The translations under genes were made by a program, and so were the position numbers. A stretch of DNA of 64,000 nt from positions 160,001 through 224,000 of the IMG/VR virus record IMGVR_UViG_3300035498_000877; one strand, 5' to 3'. Position 1 is the stretch's first letter; each line of letters starts with the position of its first letter. Shown here one piece after another: positions 20,071-28,879 of this stretch. Origin of the DNA: a virus. Lineage: Duplodnaviria > Caudoviricetes. Below the pieces are notes generated by a model. The model ran no database searches, was not told where the DNA came from, and was given only the letters and a program-made list of their open reading frames with translations.

Positions 20071-21726
20071 TTATAACTTAATATGCACCTCTTTATTCTT
20101 CGATAACTCAAGATGTCTATTGCAAATAGTTGGTCCAATATATACCATAGTACCATTTCGATTCTTTCTCCAGAATCCTCGACGCTCCCATGAATCAACA
20201 TAGTATTCTCGTTTGATTATACCACCTTTTTTAGTTGCTTCCCTGATATAACTCTTTGCTTCATTTGATGTCATTAATATATGGCGTATTGCATATTCTG
20301 GTTTATTATTCTGGACCCTAGATTTTGATGATGTAGCATGAGTATTTGTAGGTTGTTTTAACTTGGTTTCTTTAATCATCTTAGATCTTTCAGGTCTATC
20401 ATGTAATACTAATAACATTGCACACAAACTCATGATTGTTTCTATGATGCCAGGAAGATCAAATATTCCTTTTGGAATGAAATCCATTACTTCACATATC
20501 CCAGCTGGAAAATTATCTCTAGGATTCTTTAGATGAATATATGTATCAATCAATGATATATTGGCTACTTTGAAATCATGCAGATTTACAAATCTCAATA
20601 ATGCTATTATAGACATATCATGGTTTACATCATGCTTGATATAAAATTCACAACAATCTGAATCCTGATCATATTCAAAATGAAAGATAGATGGCTCCTC
20701 AGTTCCTTTAAATACATTAACTTTTAGAGTTTTATCAATTCCAAATCGTTTTTCAATTAAAGCATTGCCTAAATCAACAGCTTCATCCTTTTCATATTTA
20801 TCCTCCAGATATTCATTAATAAACTTCCATTCTCTTTTGGATAAATCTACTATTGGAATAATATTTCCATCTTTCTCATTGCCCATTATTACTTTTGGAA
20901 AAGTACCTTCTACTTCGGATTTGAACTTAGGTTCCATGACAGCTTCAGTATGGTGGTGCCAATTATTCAAACCAACAAGGTGTTTTATATCATTTAAATT
21001 AGATGAGGTAAATACCATCTTTAATACACTCTTTTCTAATTTCGTATGATATTGAAACTGGGCTAAATCATTATTCATCAATTCATCACCGATACTACTA
21101 ATTATAATATCTAATGTAGTTTGAATATTATCAATAACATCAAAGAATCTTGATCTGGATGTTTTAAGATTATGCTTTCTGATAAAATTATCAATATCAT
21201 AATCTTTTTTAGATACCATCAATGGTTGTACATCCGAATGCATCTGAAAACAATTGTCTTTTCTTAATAGAGCATGATATATTTCACACACATTATCATT
21301 ATCATTAAATATATAAAATAATATAGTAGCACGTGCGCTGCTATCATCGATACCACTTATCATGTGAAAATATATTGTGCATGGTTTACTATTATTGAAT
21401 CTAACCTTACAAATTACATTCTCATTTGGATATTTCTTATACAATCTATGGATATTGTCATTAATTTTATCAATATTATCAATGTATGATATCCCTGTTG
21501 TATCTCCAGAAGTTAATTCTGTATTAACAGTAATTTGTGGCAGTTTTCTAAAATATAGATCATGTAAACAACTTTTTGTATATGTTGTAATATCATCCAT
21601 CATATCTTTTCTAAACTTCTTTACATTCGGATTTATATATGTAAATATATCACTCCGCATTACTTGCACTTTGTTATTTGTGATAGATCCTGGTGTTACT
21701 CTAAAAGTATTCATTTTGTAAGACAT
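20071..21726 (-). CDS. hypothetical protein with a C-terminal (V/E)RRG(H/F)WR-type basic domain
   Basis: C-terminal SWERRGFWRKNRNGTMVYIGP resembles the common phage VRGHWR motif; RBS AGGAGG. Confidence 0.65.
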   Translation of the reverse strand: MSYKMNTFRVTPGSITNNKVQVMRSDIFTYINPNVKKFRKDMMDDITTYTKSCLHDLYFRKLPQITVNTELTSGDTTGISYIDNIDKINDNIHRLYKKYPNENVICKVRFNNSKPCTIYFHMISGIDDSSARATILFYIFNDNDNVCEIYHALLRKDNCFQMHSDVQPLMVSKKDYDIDNFIRKHNLKTSRSRFFDVIDNIQTTLDIIISSIGDELMNNDLAQFQYHTKLEKSVLKMVFTSSNLNDIKHLVGLNNWHHHTEAVMEPKFKSEVEGTFPKVIMGNEKDGNIIPIVDLSKREWKFINEYLEDKYEKDEAVDLGNALIEKRFGIDKTLKVNVFKGTEEPSIFHFEYDQDSDCCEFYIKHDVNHDMSIIALLRFVNLHDFKVANISLIDTYIHLKNPRDNFPAGICEVMDFIPKGIFDLPGIIETIMSLCAMLLVLHDRPERSKMIKETKLKQPTNTHATSSKSRVQNNKPEYAIRHILMTSNEAKSYIREATKKGGIIKREYYVDSWERRGFWRKNRNGTMVYIGPTICNRHLELSKNKEVHIKL

Positions 21727-21817
21727 TTCTATTTCCTCCTTTTTATTGATATAATTTAGTTATATATCATTATTATAAGAATATATAATTTCAAAGAAAG
21801 GAAATGCGTGATATAAC

Positions 21818-23242
21818 ATGAATTTAGATATTTATAATACACATATGGAATTATATCCATATAAGAAAGATGATTATCCTGTAATTGAAAAGATGTATAC
21901 AGCAGTTGATAAATTTACAGGTTTAGATAAGCCTTGTGGATATATGATAGAAGATGGTAAACTATTATTGCCAAGAGGTACATCAATTTCTAGATTGGAA
22001 AGTATATGCGATGTAAAAGCAAATTATATTAAAGAATCAGATTCTTTAGAAAATATGGATAAAAAATTCTATCCAGTATATGAACCTAGAAATGATGTAC
22101 AAAAAGAAAGTATTGAATTCTTAATAGGTAAACAACATCAATTGGCATTGAACTTAAAGACAGGAGTCGGTAAAACATATTGTGTTGCATATGCGATTAC
22201 TGAATTGAATGAGAAGGCTTTAATAATTACACCTAATGAATCTATTAAACAACAATGGCTAAATACATTTGTTAAGATGTTTGACTATAGGTCAAAAGAT
22301 CTTATGAATATTGCTGGATCAAATATAATAGCTGGATTGATTGATGGATCAATAGAAGAAAGAAATGTGTACTTTGTTAATCATCAAACACTACATAGTT
22401 ATATGACTTCTACTAATGGATATATGTTGCATGAATTTTTCAAGAAGATTAAAGTTGGTATTAAAGTATATGATGAATCACATATGAATTTTGGAAATAT
22501 TCTATTGATGGATTATTATTCCAATACTAATAGAACTTGGTATATTACTGCAACATTTGACAGATCGGAGAAAACTGAATCAGAATGTTTTAAGAGAGCA
22601 TTTAGTTCTGTTGAAGCATACGGAGATATTGAGTCAGCTAAATTGGTTGATAAACATGTAGTATATCATGTAGTAAAAATTAATAGTAGAATATCTCCTA
22701 AAGATAGATCTAGAGTAATCGGATATGCTGGAATGACTGCTGCATCATATGGAAGATATGCATTCTTGAGTGATCCAAATAATACAGCTTATCATGCAAT
22801 ATTAGAGATACTGAATAAAGTACAAAATGTTGAAGGCAAAGTTCTTATATTTGTACCTTTGATAGAAGCAGTAGATGAGGTTGTAAAGAAACTTAAGAAA
22901 GACATCCCAGATAAATCAGTAGCTGCATATCATTCTAAATGTACAGCTGATGAAAAAGAATCAGCAGAGAAAAAAGATATCATTGTATCTACAATTAAAT
23001 CATGCGGAACTGGTCGAGATATTCCTGGACTAAGAGTATTGATATGTTGTGAACCAGTAGCATCGAAAGTGGTTGCTGAACAAATGATCGGAAGGTTGCG
23101 TCCATATGGAGAAAATATGGACACTTACTTTTGGGATGTAATTGATATATGTTTAGCTCCAATAAATTGGTGGTGGAAAGCTAGATATAAAAAGATACAG
23201 GATCTTGTAAAGAAAACTGTATATATTGATATAGATAGTTAA
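21818..23242 (+). CDS. superfamily 2 (DExH) helicase, UvsW-like
   Basis: Q-motif PRNDVQ, Walker A TGVGKT, DESH, TAT, TGRDIPGL and QMIGRLR. Confidence 0.9.
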   Translation: MNLDIYNTHMELYPYKKDDYPVIEKMYTAVDKFTGLDKPCGYMIEDGKLLLPRGTSISRLESICDVKANYIKESDSLENMDKKFYPVYEPRNDVQKESIEFLIGKQHQLALNLKTGVGKTYCVAYAITELNEKALIITPNESIKQQWLNTFVKMFDYRSKDLMNIAGSNIIAGLIDGSIEERNVYFVNHQTLHSYMTSTNGYMLHEFFKKIKVGIKVYDESHMNFGNILLMDYYSNTNRTWYITATFDRSEKTESECFKRAFSSVEAYGDIESAKLVDKHVVYHVVKINSRISPKDRSRVIGYAGMTAASYGRYAFLSDPNNTAYHAILEILNKVQNVEGKVLIFVPLIEAVDEVVKKLKKDIPDKSVAAYHSKCTADEKESAEKKDIIVSTIKSCGTGRDIPGLRVLICCEPVASKVVAEQMIGRLRPYGENMDTYFWDVIDICLAPINWWWKARYKKIQDLVKKTVYIDIDS

Positions 23243-23291
23243 AAAAATAAAGAGAGGTTAAATACCTCTCTTTATTTTTAATTACCACATT

Positions 23292-24422
23292 TCAATATTT
23301 CAATTTAAATTCATTAAATAATTGAGATTTATCATTTCTTATCTTTTTATATTTGAGAAGTAATATGTATATAATTCTATAATCAGCAATACGCCCTGGT
23401 GAATTTAATAACTCATAAATATTACATTTACTCAATTGAGGAGTCTCACTGCATTCATATTTGTTTACTGGAATCAAACATGATTTGCCCGAATTAACTC
23501 CATTAAAATTATACTTAACTATTGGATTAGTTACTTCATTAGCATCTACTGATATTTCAATCGTCGATTGTAACTTATCATCTATATATATTCCCAAAGT
23601 ATATGTAATCCTGTCTTTATCATACCATCCATATACATATAAAGCACAATATGTTCCTTTTGCAAATGAATATTTGATACCTGATTCAGATGAAGATGCA
23701 ATATCTATATATAATGGATGGGAATTTGTGGGTTGACAATTTGGCAATGCAGTAATCATATATTTCATAAATAAATATAGATCTGTCGCCGTAAACTTAT
23801 CATCTATAAATTTATTCTCTTTAACAGTATTATCTGGTGTCGCTTCTTTGAATTTCACCGGATGGCTAAATAAATTATAATAATATCCAGATACTAAAAT
23901 AAGTGCCACAGATATAAATTTATCATATGATTTATCTACTTTTGAATACCAGCTCATTTTGGCAAATTCTTCAGTATCAATAAATATATCTTCTTTATTC
24001 GTATAATATTCAACTGAATGTTTTATTGGATTATTTAGATCACTTACACAAATCTTGCATATATCTTTATCATTAAAATCTAATCCCTTATATGATATAT
24101 CAATCTTAACATCTTTAATAGTCGTTAATTCACGATAACGAATTATAAGTGAAATAAATTTTAATTCATGTTCCACATTGATCTGAGATGATAAACTTAC
24201 GATAAAATAATCAGATGATAAGTCTGATCTAGTATCACATATTATTTCATAATACCGATAATTTATCTCTTTATTATCTGAGTGCGGTTTTGGTATCATT
24301 ACCAATTCCAAATTCTTTGGATTTCTTTTAATGATATTTAATATTGCATCTCCAAATTGATTGAATGTTATAGGTGTTTCACTGGGAAAAATATTTTTAA
24401 GTGCATCCTCAAGAATACTCAT
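23292..24422 (-). CDS. hypothetical protein; its N-terminal half is paralogous to 24659-25219
   Basis: MSILEDALKNI..ITFNQFGD..INYR..ICDTRS aligns with MTIIEEAIKDI..ISFGDFGD..LNYR..LCDYRS. Confidence 0.8.
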   Translation of the reverse strand: MSILEDALKNIFPSETPITFNQFGDAILNIIKRNPKNLELVMIPKPHSDNKEINYRYYEIICDTRSDLSSDYFIVSLSSQINVEHELKFISLIIRYRELTTIKDVKIDISYKGLDFNDKDICKICVSDLNNPIKHSVEYYTNKEDIFIDTEEFAKMSWYSKVDKSYDKFISVALILVSGYYYNLFSHPVKFKEATPDNTVKENKFIDDKFTATDLYLFMKYMITALPNCQPTNSHPLYIDIASSSESGIKYSFAKGTYCALYVYGWYDKDRITYTLGIYIDDKLQSTIEISVDANEVTNPIVKYNFNGVNSGKSCLIPVNKYECSETPQLSKCNIYELLNSPGRIADYRIIYILLLKYKKIRNDKSQLFNEFKLKY

Positions 24423-24433
24423 TTATTTACCCC

Positions 24434-24640
24434 CTATTTATAATTGAATTGTGATTCTTTAGACTTATAACTTTTGCATCGACATGTAGGAGTGCACATT
24501 AAATCTGGCCATGTTCCTGCTACTACATGTTTCATAACAACCTCATTTAATTCATCAATTATTTTCTTTTCATCTTTTGAATACATGCATACTGAATTAT
24601 GCATGCATGTGTCACATTGATAAGTACTTTCTTGTTCCAT
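24434..24640 (-). CDS. small Cys-rich (Zn-binding) protein, paralog of 25224-25427
   Basis: CDTCxxxxVC...GTWP...CxxY; RBS AAGGAGG. Confidence 0.8.
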   Translation of the reverse strand: MEQESTYQCDTCMHNSVCMYSKDEKKIIDELNEVVMKHVVAGTWPDLMCTPTCRCKSYKSKESQFNYK

Positions 24641-24658
24641 TGTTATTTCCTCCTTTAA

Positions 24659-25219
24659 TTATAAATTATAATAATATTTAGCTGCAATTTTAAGTGCTGC
24701 AAAAATTGGATTATCTAAATCATCATGCTGTACTTTTGGTGATGAATAATACCACTTCATATATTGCTGCTCATCTTTAAAGAAATCAATAAAGCAGTCA
24801 TTAATATTAGCATAATAATTAATAAGATCTTCTCCATCTTTATGTATATCAATATTGCATATACCATTTGGACTAAAATTGTCATCTTTATACCATATAT
24901 CAATTATAGTATGATCGAAAGATCTTAATGTACTATATCTTATATTGAATTCAATTAATCTTAATTCTTTCTCATTAGTAATTTGCACAATCATATCTAC
25001 TTGATAATATCCAACTGGATTATTAGATCTATAATCACATAACTTTATATGATGTCTATAATTTAAGTGATTTTTATCATCAAAAGATTTTGTTGTAACT
25101 GGTTCAAGTTCTGCTGGAATATTTAAAACATTCCGTAATAGTTTATCTCCAAAATCCCCAAATGATATTAATGCTTGATCAACATCAATATCCTTTATTG
25201 CTTCCTCTATAATTGTCAT
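24659..25219 (-). CDS. hypothetical protein (paralog of the 23292-24422 N-terminal half)
   Basis: Likely start MTIIEE at 25219 after AGAGGGG. Confidence 0.8.
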   Translation of the reverse strand: MTIIEEAIKDIDVDQALISFGDFGDKLLRNVLNIPAELEPVTTKSFDDKNHLNYRHHIKLCDYRSNNPVGYYQVDMIVQITNEKELRLIEFNIRYSTLRSFDHTIIDIWYKDDNFSPNGICNIDIHKDGEDLINYYANINDCFIDFFKDEQQYMKWYYSSPKVQHDDLDNPIFAALKIAAKYYYNL

Positions 25220-25223
25220 ACCT

Positions 25224-25427
25224 TTATCCCCTCTTTTCATCTTGTACAAAATATTTACATTTTATGACCGTCTCTGTTAAACATTCTGGCCATGTTCCCA
25301 TAGATATTGCTCTTGATAAAAATCCCTCTAATTCGGAATTTCTCTCTTGTACTTGTTTCGTGAGTTTACATACATTAACACATACACATGAATCGCACGT
25401 GCATCTTATTTTTACTTCTGTTCCCAT
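25224..25427 (-). CDS. small Cys-rich (Zn-binding) protein
   Basis: CDSCxxxxVC...GTWP...CxxF; RBS AAGGAG. Confidence 0.8.
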   Translation of the reverse strand: MGTEVKIRCTCDSCVCVNVCKLTKQVQERNSELEGFLSRAISMGTWPECLTETVIKCKYFVQDEKRG

Positions 25428-25439
25428 ATCAGATCTCCT

Positions 25440-26522
25440 TTAATTCATTAATGATGGTAAATTGATTGGGTAATCTAAGAACCGCTTATTATTTAAAGAA
25501 CTCAAAGAAGCCATATCAACTTTATCAACTATTTGTGATTTTATATTATCAATATCAGATTCACTCAATAATTGATACTGTGTTTCTATATTAGTACACA
25601 TAAATGCTGTTTTGATATCTTGCCTATATTGTGCTGGAAATGACTCTAATATGGAATCTATTGAACTGAAGTCTTTCAATATAATTTCATTATCCAATCC
25701 ATTTTTTATTATATTAAGAAACTTGCCATATCCAAATCCTTTAGCAGATTTAATATTTCTAATCTTTGATCCTTTAATAGACAATAGTAATTTATAATAC
25801 ATTTCAGAATTGAATATTGCTAAATCAAAAGGTGATTCATCTTTTACTATACTTCTTACTGTATCTTCAATTGTACTATATACACCAAAGTGATTAAATC
25901 TCCTTTTAATATAAATATCTAGGAAATTTCCTTGAAACATATATAGGGTATCAAATATATCTGCACTAATGATAACATTCTTACTATTATCAAATGTGGA
26001 TACTATATATGGAATTATAGATCCATCAAATGTATCAGCTTTCAATAAATAACATTTATCAATATATGATAATATCAATTCTACTTCTGGAATGATTGTA
26101 TTATTTAGCAATTCCCCAACCAATTTGAATTGAGGATTCTGCATATATCTATTATGATAATAATTCCTATAGAATTTATTATATACAGACATCTGTTGTT
26201 CATTATTAGATAATGAAGTGATATAGAAATACATTTTCACATCACATTTTTCTTTTCTGAAATATGCTTTATAACTTGCCATTAGATTTAATATTGCTGA
26301 TTCTAATTCTATAACCATCTTTTGTTTATAGAAATTTACCATTGGTAATATTCCTTTATACATCGAAATATTATGTAATACACATTCTAAGTTTATAAAT
26401 ACATTTACATTATCTCCAGGCTGTATATTCAATGTACTTCTATGTACATGCTCATCAATCATATTCCATTTTAGCATTAGAGAACCTGCCGTAACTCCAA
26501 TACCAGGTTTATATACCTCCAT
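25440..26522 (-). CDS. divergent FEN/5'-nuclease-like protein
   Basis: VFINLE near the N-terminus, IISADIFD, and an H3TH-like GSKIRNIKSAKGFGYGKF; the acidic catalytic residues look degenerate. Confidence 0.45.
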   Translation of the reverse strand: MEVYKPGIGVTAGSLMLKWNMIDEHVHRSTLNIQPGDNVNVFINLECVLHNISMYKGILPMVNFYKQKMVIELESAILNLMASYKAYFRKEKCDVKMYFYITSLSNNEQQMSVYNKFYRNYYHNRYMQNPQFKLVGELLNNTIIPEVELILSYIDKCYLLKADTFDGSIIPYIVSTFDNSKNVIISADIFDTLYMFQGNFLDIYIKRRFNHFGVYSTIEDTVRSIVKDESPFDLAIFNSEMYYKLLLSIKGSKIRNIKSAKGFGYGKFLNIIKNGLDNEIILKDFSSIDSILESFPAQYRQDIKTAFMCTNIETQYQLLSESDIDNIKSQIVDKVDMASLSSLNNKRFLDYPINLPSLMN

Positions 26523-26533
26523 TTTTGTTCCTC

Positions 26534-27505
26534 CTAAATTGTTGATTCTGTTAGTTTGATTTGATTCATTGGAACCCCTATATCTTTCGATAATACATTC
26601 TGATATAAAGTTATTTTATTATACAGAAATTTATACTTCTTTAATTTTATCTTTTCTTCTTTCATATCAATATCTGAATCAAGATAAATATTAACTATAA
26701 TATTAGATCCCATTAATCCTTTACTGATTGCATAATCAATTCCACTTATATAATCACTTCCAAGTACCGCGATATATGCAGAATTATTTCCTGTATTAAA
26801 ATTCTTATATGCTGATAATATATCAAATATTCCTTCAGCAATATTTACATATACTAGATCTTTTGAAAATATATCTATTGAAGTTGCAATAGTATAGAAT
26901 GATCTTACACTTGGTTCTCTAACTACTGGAATCTTTCTCCATCTGACATCATCTCGAAAATTTCGTGATAAAATGTATGATCTGTCATCAGACATGAATG
27001 ATATTGAATCTTGTATAGATGGTAATGTATTACTGGTGATACTACATCTTCGAAGATATTTTTTAACAGGTTCCATAGTCCATACTATTTTAAATTTCTC
27101 AATATCCTGATATTCAAATCCTTCTCCTAATCTATGTTCTATATATTGAACTTGCTTAGAATTTATGTCAATATTTCCTAATTCAAAATTCTTGCCAGAT
27201 TTATGATAATAATTAATTCGGTTATAATTATTATTGGTTATAGGATTAATATTTTTGATACCTAATTTATCCAAGAAAAATTTATTTACTTGACCTTTGG
27301 AATTACATAAGAAACATATATACAACAAAGGCTCTGATGGATCATAACTACATTTTATATAGCAATGAGAATCTTGAGCATTCTTTTGGCTATCCCCACA
27401 TATAGGACATCTTATGCGGTACATCTGCTCATTCACTTTTCTAAATACAGGACTTTGCTTTTGTATCGCTTCTAAAATCTCAGTTTTATCTAAAGATGCA
27501 ACCAT
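26534..27505 (-). CDS. DNA primase, T4 gp61/DnaG-like (Zn finger + TOPRIM)
   Basis: RCPICGDS...CFLC zinc finger; TOPRIM motifs AEGIFD and YLDSD. Confidence 0.85.
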   Translation of the reverse strand: MVASLDKTEILEAIQKQSPVFRKVNEQMYRIRCPICGDSQKNAQDSHCYIKCSYDPSEPLLYICFLCNSKGQVNKFFLDKLGIKNINPITNNNYNRINYYHKSGKNFELGNIDINSKQVQYIEHRLGEGFEYQDIEKFKIVWTMEPVKKYLRRCSITSNTLPSIQDSISFMSDDRSYILSRNFRDDVRWRKIPVVREPSVRSFYTIATSIDIFSKDLVYVNIAEGIFDILSAYKNFNTGNNSAYIAVLGSDYISGIDYAISKGLMGSNIIVNIYLDSDIDMKEEKIKLKKYKFLYNKITLYQNVLSKDIGVPMNQIKLTESTI

Positions 27506-27642
27506 AACTTTCCTCCTTATTCACCTTCTTACTTCAAAATCATAATATATATTTTAAAATTATATATTATTAGTATATAGAGGTTATGAATTAACTTAGA
27601 ATTTAAACCCTATAAATTCAAATGTAAAGGAGATTTAAAATC

Positions 27643-28803
27643 ATGGAAAACAAAAATGTAGGCATTATAGGAATTGGTAACTGTGGTTGCCAAATCGCAA
27701 ATTTAGCCGAGAAGAAGTATCCGACTCTATTTGATTGTATTTATTTTAATACATCATCAGATGATCTCGCTATGGTATCAACAGATACTGGACTAAAGTT
27801 CAAATTAGGAGATGAAGACATTAAAGGATCAGCTAAAATTAGATCTAAATCATTTGAGTATTTTGAGAAAGAACTTCCTCAAATTATATCAAACGAAGCA
27901 ATCCAAAATGTAATTCTAGAAAAGAGTCATATATTTATCATTACTTCTGTAGCAGGTGGTACAGGATCCGGAGCTGCACCAGCTATGCATAAGATAATGA
28001 GTAATCTGTTCCCTGACGTGAATTTCATTATGGTGGCTATTCTTCCTAAACAGGAGTCATCAGAATTAGAGTTGGAAAACTCATTAGAGTTCTTAGAAGA
28101 CCTATATGAAAATCTTGGAACAGATATCACATATATGATGTATGATAATGAGACTACATGCAACGAGAAGGGATCATTATCTTTAACTAAAGTAAATGAA
28201 AATGTAGTTGAAGATATCAGGATTCTTACAGGTGTAGATAATTATCCAACACCATTTGAGAGCATTGATGCGGCAGATATGGATTCACTTCTTACAACTC
28301 CTGGCAGGTTATTAGTTGCCAGAATAAATAAAGGTGTAACTGAGAAAGCTATGGAAGATAATAAACTTGATGAGATCATTATTAAGAGCATTAAGTCTTC
28401 ATGTCATGCAGAGACTGACAGGAATAAGAAAGTTGTTAGATGGGGAGTTGTAACATATTTCACTGAAGATGTGAATAATTTGTATGTTGCGAGTTTGGAT
28501 GCATTGAAGGAATTCTTGGGAACTCCAGTAGAAAGATTTAACCACAATGCAATCAATTCTGGCAAAGAGGATATGAACTTTATATATCTGATTGCCGCAG
28601 GATTATCACCAATTAATGATAGAGCTGTTAAGATTAAAGAAAGAATTGAATATCTCAAAGAACAGAAGGCTGATAATAATAGTTATGTATTATCAGGTAC
28701 TTCTACAAACACAAATGAGAATAGAAAGAATCTTAATAACAAAACTAATACTTCAGGTGAAATAAATTCACAAGAGCTTTTAGCTTCACTGAGAAGAAAA
28801 TAA
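27643..28803 (+). CDS. tubulin/FtsZ-family GTPase (PhuZ/TubZ-like)
   Basis: GIGNCGCQI, NTSSDD, the tubulin signature AGGTGSG, YDN, and the T7 loop SIDAADM. Confidence 0.9.
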   Translation: MENKNVGIIGIGNCGCQIANLAEKKYPTLFDCIYFNTSSDDLAMVSTDTGLKFKLGDEDIKGSAKIRSKSFEYFEKELPQIISNEAIQNVILEKSHIFIITSVAGGTGSGAAPAMHKIMSNLFPDVNFIMVAILPKQESSELELENSLEFLEDLYENLGTDITYMMYDNETTCNEKGSLSLTKVNENVVEDIRILTGVDNYPTPFESIDAADMDSLLTTPGRLLVARINKGVTEKAMEDNKLDEIIIKSIKSSCHAETDRNKKVVRWGVVTYFTEDVNNLYVASLDALKEFLGTPVERFNHNAINSGKEDMNFIYLIAAGLSPINDRAVKIKERIEYLKEQKADNNSYVLSGTSTNTNENRKNLNNKTNTSGEINSQELLASLRRK

Positions 28804-28879
28804 AATTCTGGTAGAGAGGGAATAAAATCCCTCTCTATCAATCACTTTTTTAAGTAACTAAATTAAAGGAGGCAAGTAA

